From Myxococcota bacterium (GTDB lineage Bacteria; Myxococcota_A; Bradymonadia; UBA7976; UBA1532), in assembly GCA_036337435.1 (NCBI GenBank), contig JAYZEG010000016.1, forward strand, positions 1 through 27,383: 27,383 nucleotides of DNA, given 5' to 3'. The translations under genes were made by a program, and so were the position numbers. The notes under the pieces are model-generated. The model was not told the origin of the DNA. It saw only the letters and a program-made list of their open reading frames with translations, and made no database searches. This document shows, piece by piece, positions 26,235 through 27,383 of the stretch (position 1 is the stretch's first letter; every line of letters starts with the position of its first letter).

Positions 26235-27383
26235 TTAACGCTTGGTCAGATTAAGCCCGCCGGTAAACGCATAACTGACAAAATCATCGTAGGCATAGAC
26301 GACGATTCCAAATGGACTGCGCGCAGTCATTTGGTGAGGCCCATCGGTCAACGCGACGTGTTTAAAAACAAAATTACTTCCACCGACCGGTAACGCATCA
26401 TTGAGTGAGACGAGCTGACCGTCCAATTGGATTTCATTACCAGGCGTCGTCACAACCGTCACATAATCCCTAAAATAGGTGTCGGGAGCCAAGAAGGTGT
26501 AGTCACGCCGATATTGCTGATCAGGTGGCACAAGGAAGATCGCAGGGTCGCCTGCACGGCTTCCAAAATTCAGCAGCCCGGTCGCTTCCTGACCGGCAAT
26601 AATACCCATGACCATCGCAGGCTGGTCACTGACCACCTGAACTGACCTCTTGGTTCCAAATTCACACGTTTGACCAGGACGTAGAACGAAGGTGTCTGGG
26701 CCTTCCAAAAAATTGCCACAGTAGGAGACCAGCTCGAAGCCAGGACTCACCGCATTAAGCTGGTTGAAGGGCAGCCCGAGTTGAAAGCGGGTCACTTGAT
26801 CACCCGCTACAAATTTCCAATAAATGACTTCCGTCGCCCAGTTTCGGTTTCGCTCAGCTGGGGGGACAAGCTGAAAGCTGGTGCCCCAAGTACTCATTGG
26901 AAACAACTGCTCTTGCAGATGGTCACATGCACTTAAATTTTCCGGATAGTAGGAGCACAAATGGGCACTAAAAACTGCGACCGGGTACTGCGACTCAATC
27001 AGGGCCCCAGACAAGTCCCGCTGATTCGATTGCCCTGAGGCCATCACAAGCAAAACGTCTTGCTCATCCATATTGACTTCAACTGAGTCGCCAGCCTGAG
27101 CAACCCGCCCCGTGCTGTCCGGCAAAATCACGAGTCCTGCCGGCATTTGCACGGTTACCCGGTTATTGTCCTTCGGCGAAACCACAGCCGCCATGGCTTT
27201 GCCCCCCTCCTGCACATCACCGAACGGACCTCGAATCATATGAACCGGTACGCCCAGAAAACGATATTTGACACCGAGTGCAGCCGTCGGCAGGAGTAAG
27301 CTGGCATCGTTACTGAAACTGTAATTACAACAGTATGGACTAAACTGATAGACCACCACAGGAAAGTCCGTCTGCAGTCTAAA
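26235..27383 (-). CDS. IgGFc-binding N-terminal-domain protein (5' end outside window)
   Basis: Frame open to the window edge (FRLQTDFPVVVYQF...). SNDASLLLP, DLSGALIES..PVAVFSAH, CDHLQEQLFP..TWG, GDPA, PFGIVVY.YD..VSYAF.GG. Confidence 0.88.
   Translation of the reverse strand, partial: FRLQTDFPVVVYQFSPYCCNYSFSNDASLLLPTAALGVKYRFLGVPVHMIRGPFGDVQEGGKAMAAVVSPKDNNRVTVQMPAGLVILPDSTGRVAQAGDSVEVNMDEQDVLLVMASGQSNQRDLSGALIESQYPVAVFSAHLCSYYPENLSACDHLQEQLFPMSTWGTSFQLVPPAERNRNWATEVIYWKFVAGDQVTRFQLGLPFNQLNAVSPGFELVSYCGNFLEGPDTFVLRPGQTCEFGTKRSVQVVSDQPAMVMGIIAGQEATGLLNFGSRAGDPAIFLVPPDQQYRRDYTFLAPDTYFRDYVTVVTTPGNEIQLDGQLVSLNDALPVGGSNFVFKHVALTDGPHQMTARSPFGIVVYAYDDFVSYAFTGGLNLTKR

Noticed and set aside
1..27383. 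CRISPR array, tRNA/rRNA, IS or prophage
   Set aside because: All intergenic gaps are under 200 bp; no repeat-spacer pattern, cloverleaf, transposase or integrase was recognised by eye.

Overview
Gene-dense bacterial chromosomal window, GC roughly mid-50s % by eye. The gene content (acidic D-x-G-linker lipoproteins, IgGFc-binding protein, GAF kinase, CHAT and PilZ proteins) suggests Myxococcota/Bradymonadia-like deltaproteobacteria; this is an inference. Left to right: partial wbpB/wlbA-type UDP-GlcNAcA 3-dehydrogenase (missed by the ORF track); SNF2 helicase with a C-terminal winged helix; divergent polA - GAF-GAF histidine kinase - CHAT/McrB-like AAA fusion - dnaJ; cysC; PilZ-like protein; WalW-like CE4 deacetylase homologue; nrnA; three lipoproteins (zinc metalloprotease, GH5 endoglycoceramidase-like, alpha/beta hydrolase); a DUF4178 - coiled-coil/RGSY-tail - double DUF350 - membrane SpeE operon; and a partial IgGFc-binding protein. 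The most striking pattern is five full-length domains in four intact ORFs within about 10 kb (CHAT, McrB-like AAA+, PilZ, CE4, GH5) that keep their fold signatures but have lost the catalytic or ligand-binding residues. No RNA genes, CRISPR arrays or mobile elements were seen. All family calls are by motif recognition only, with no database search.
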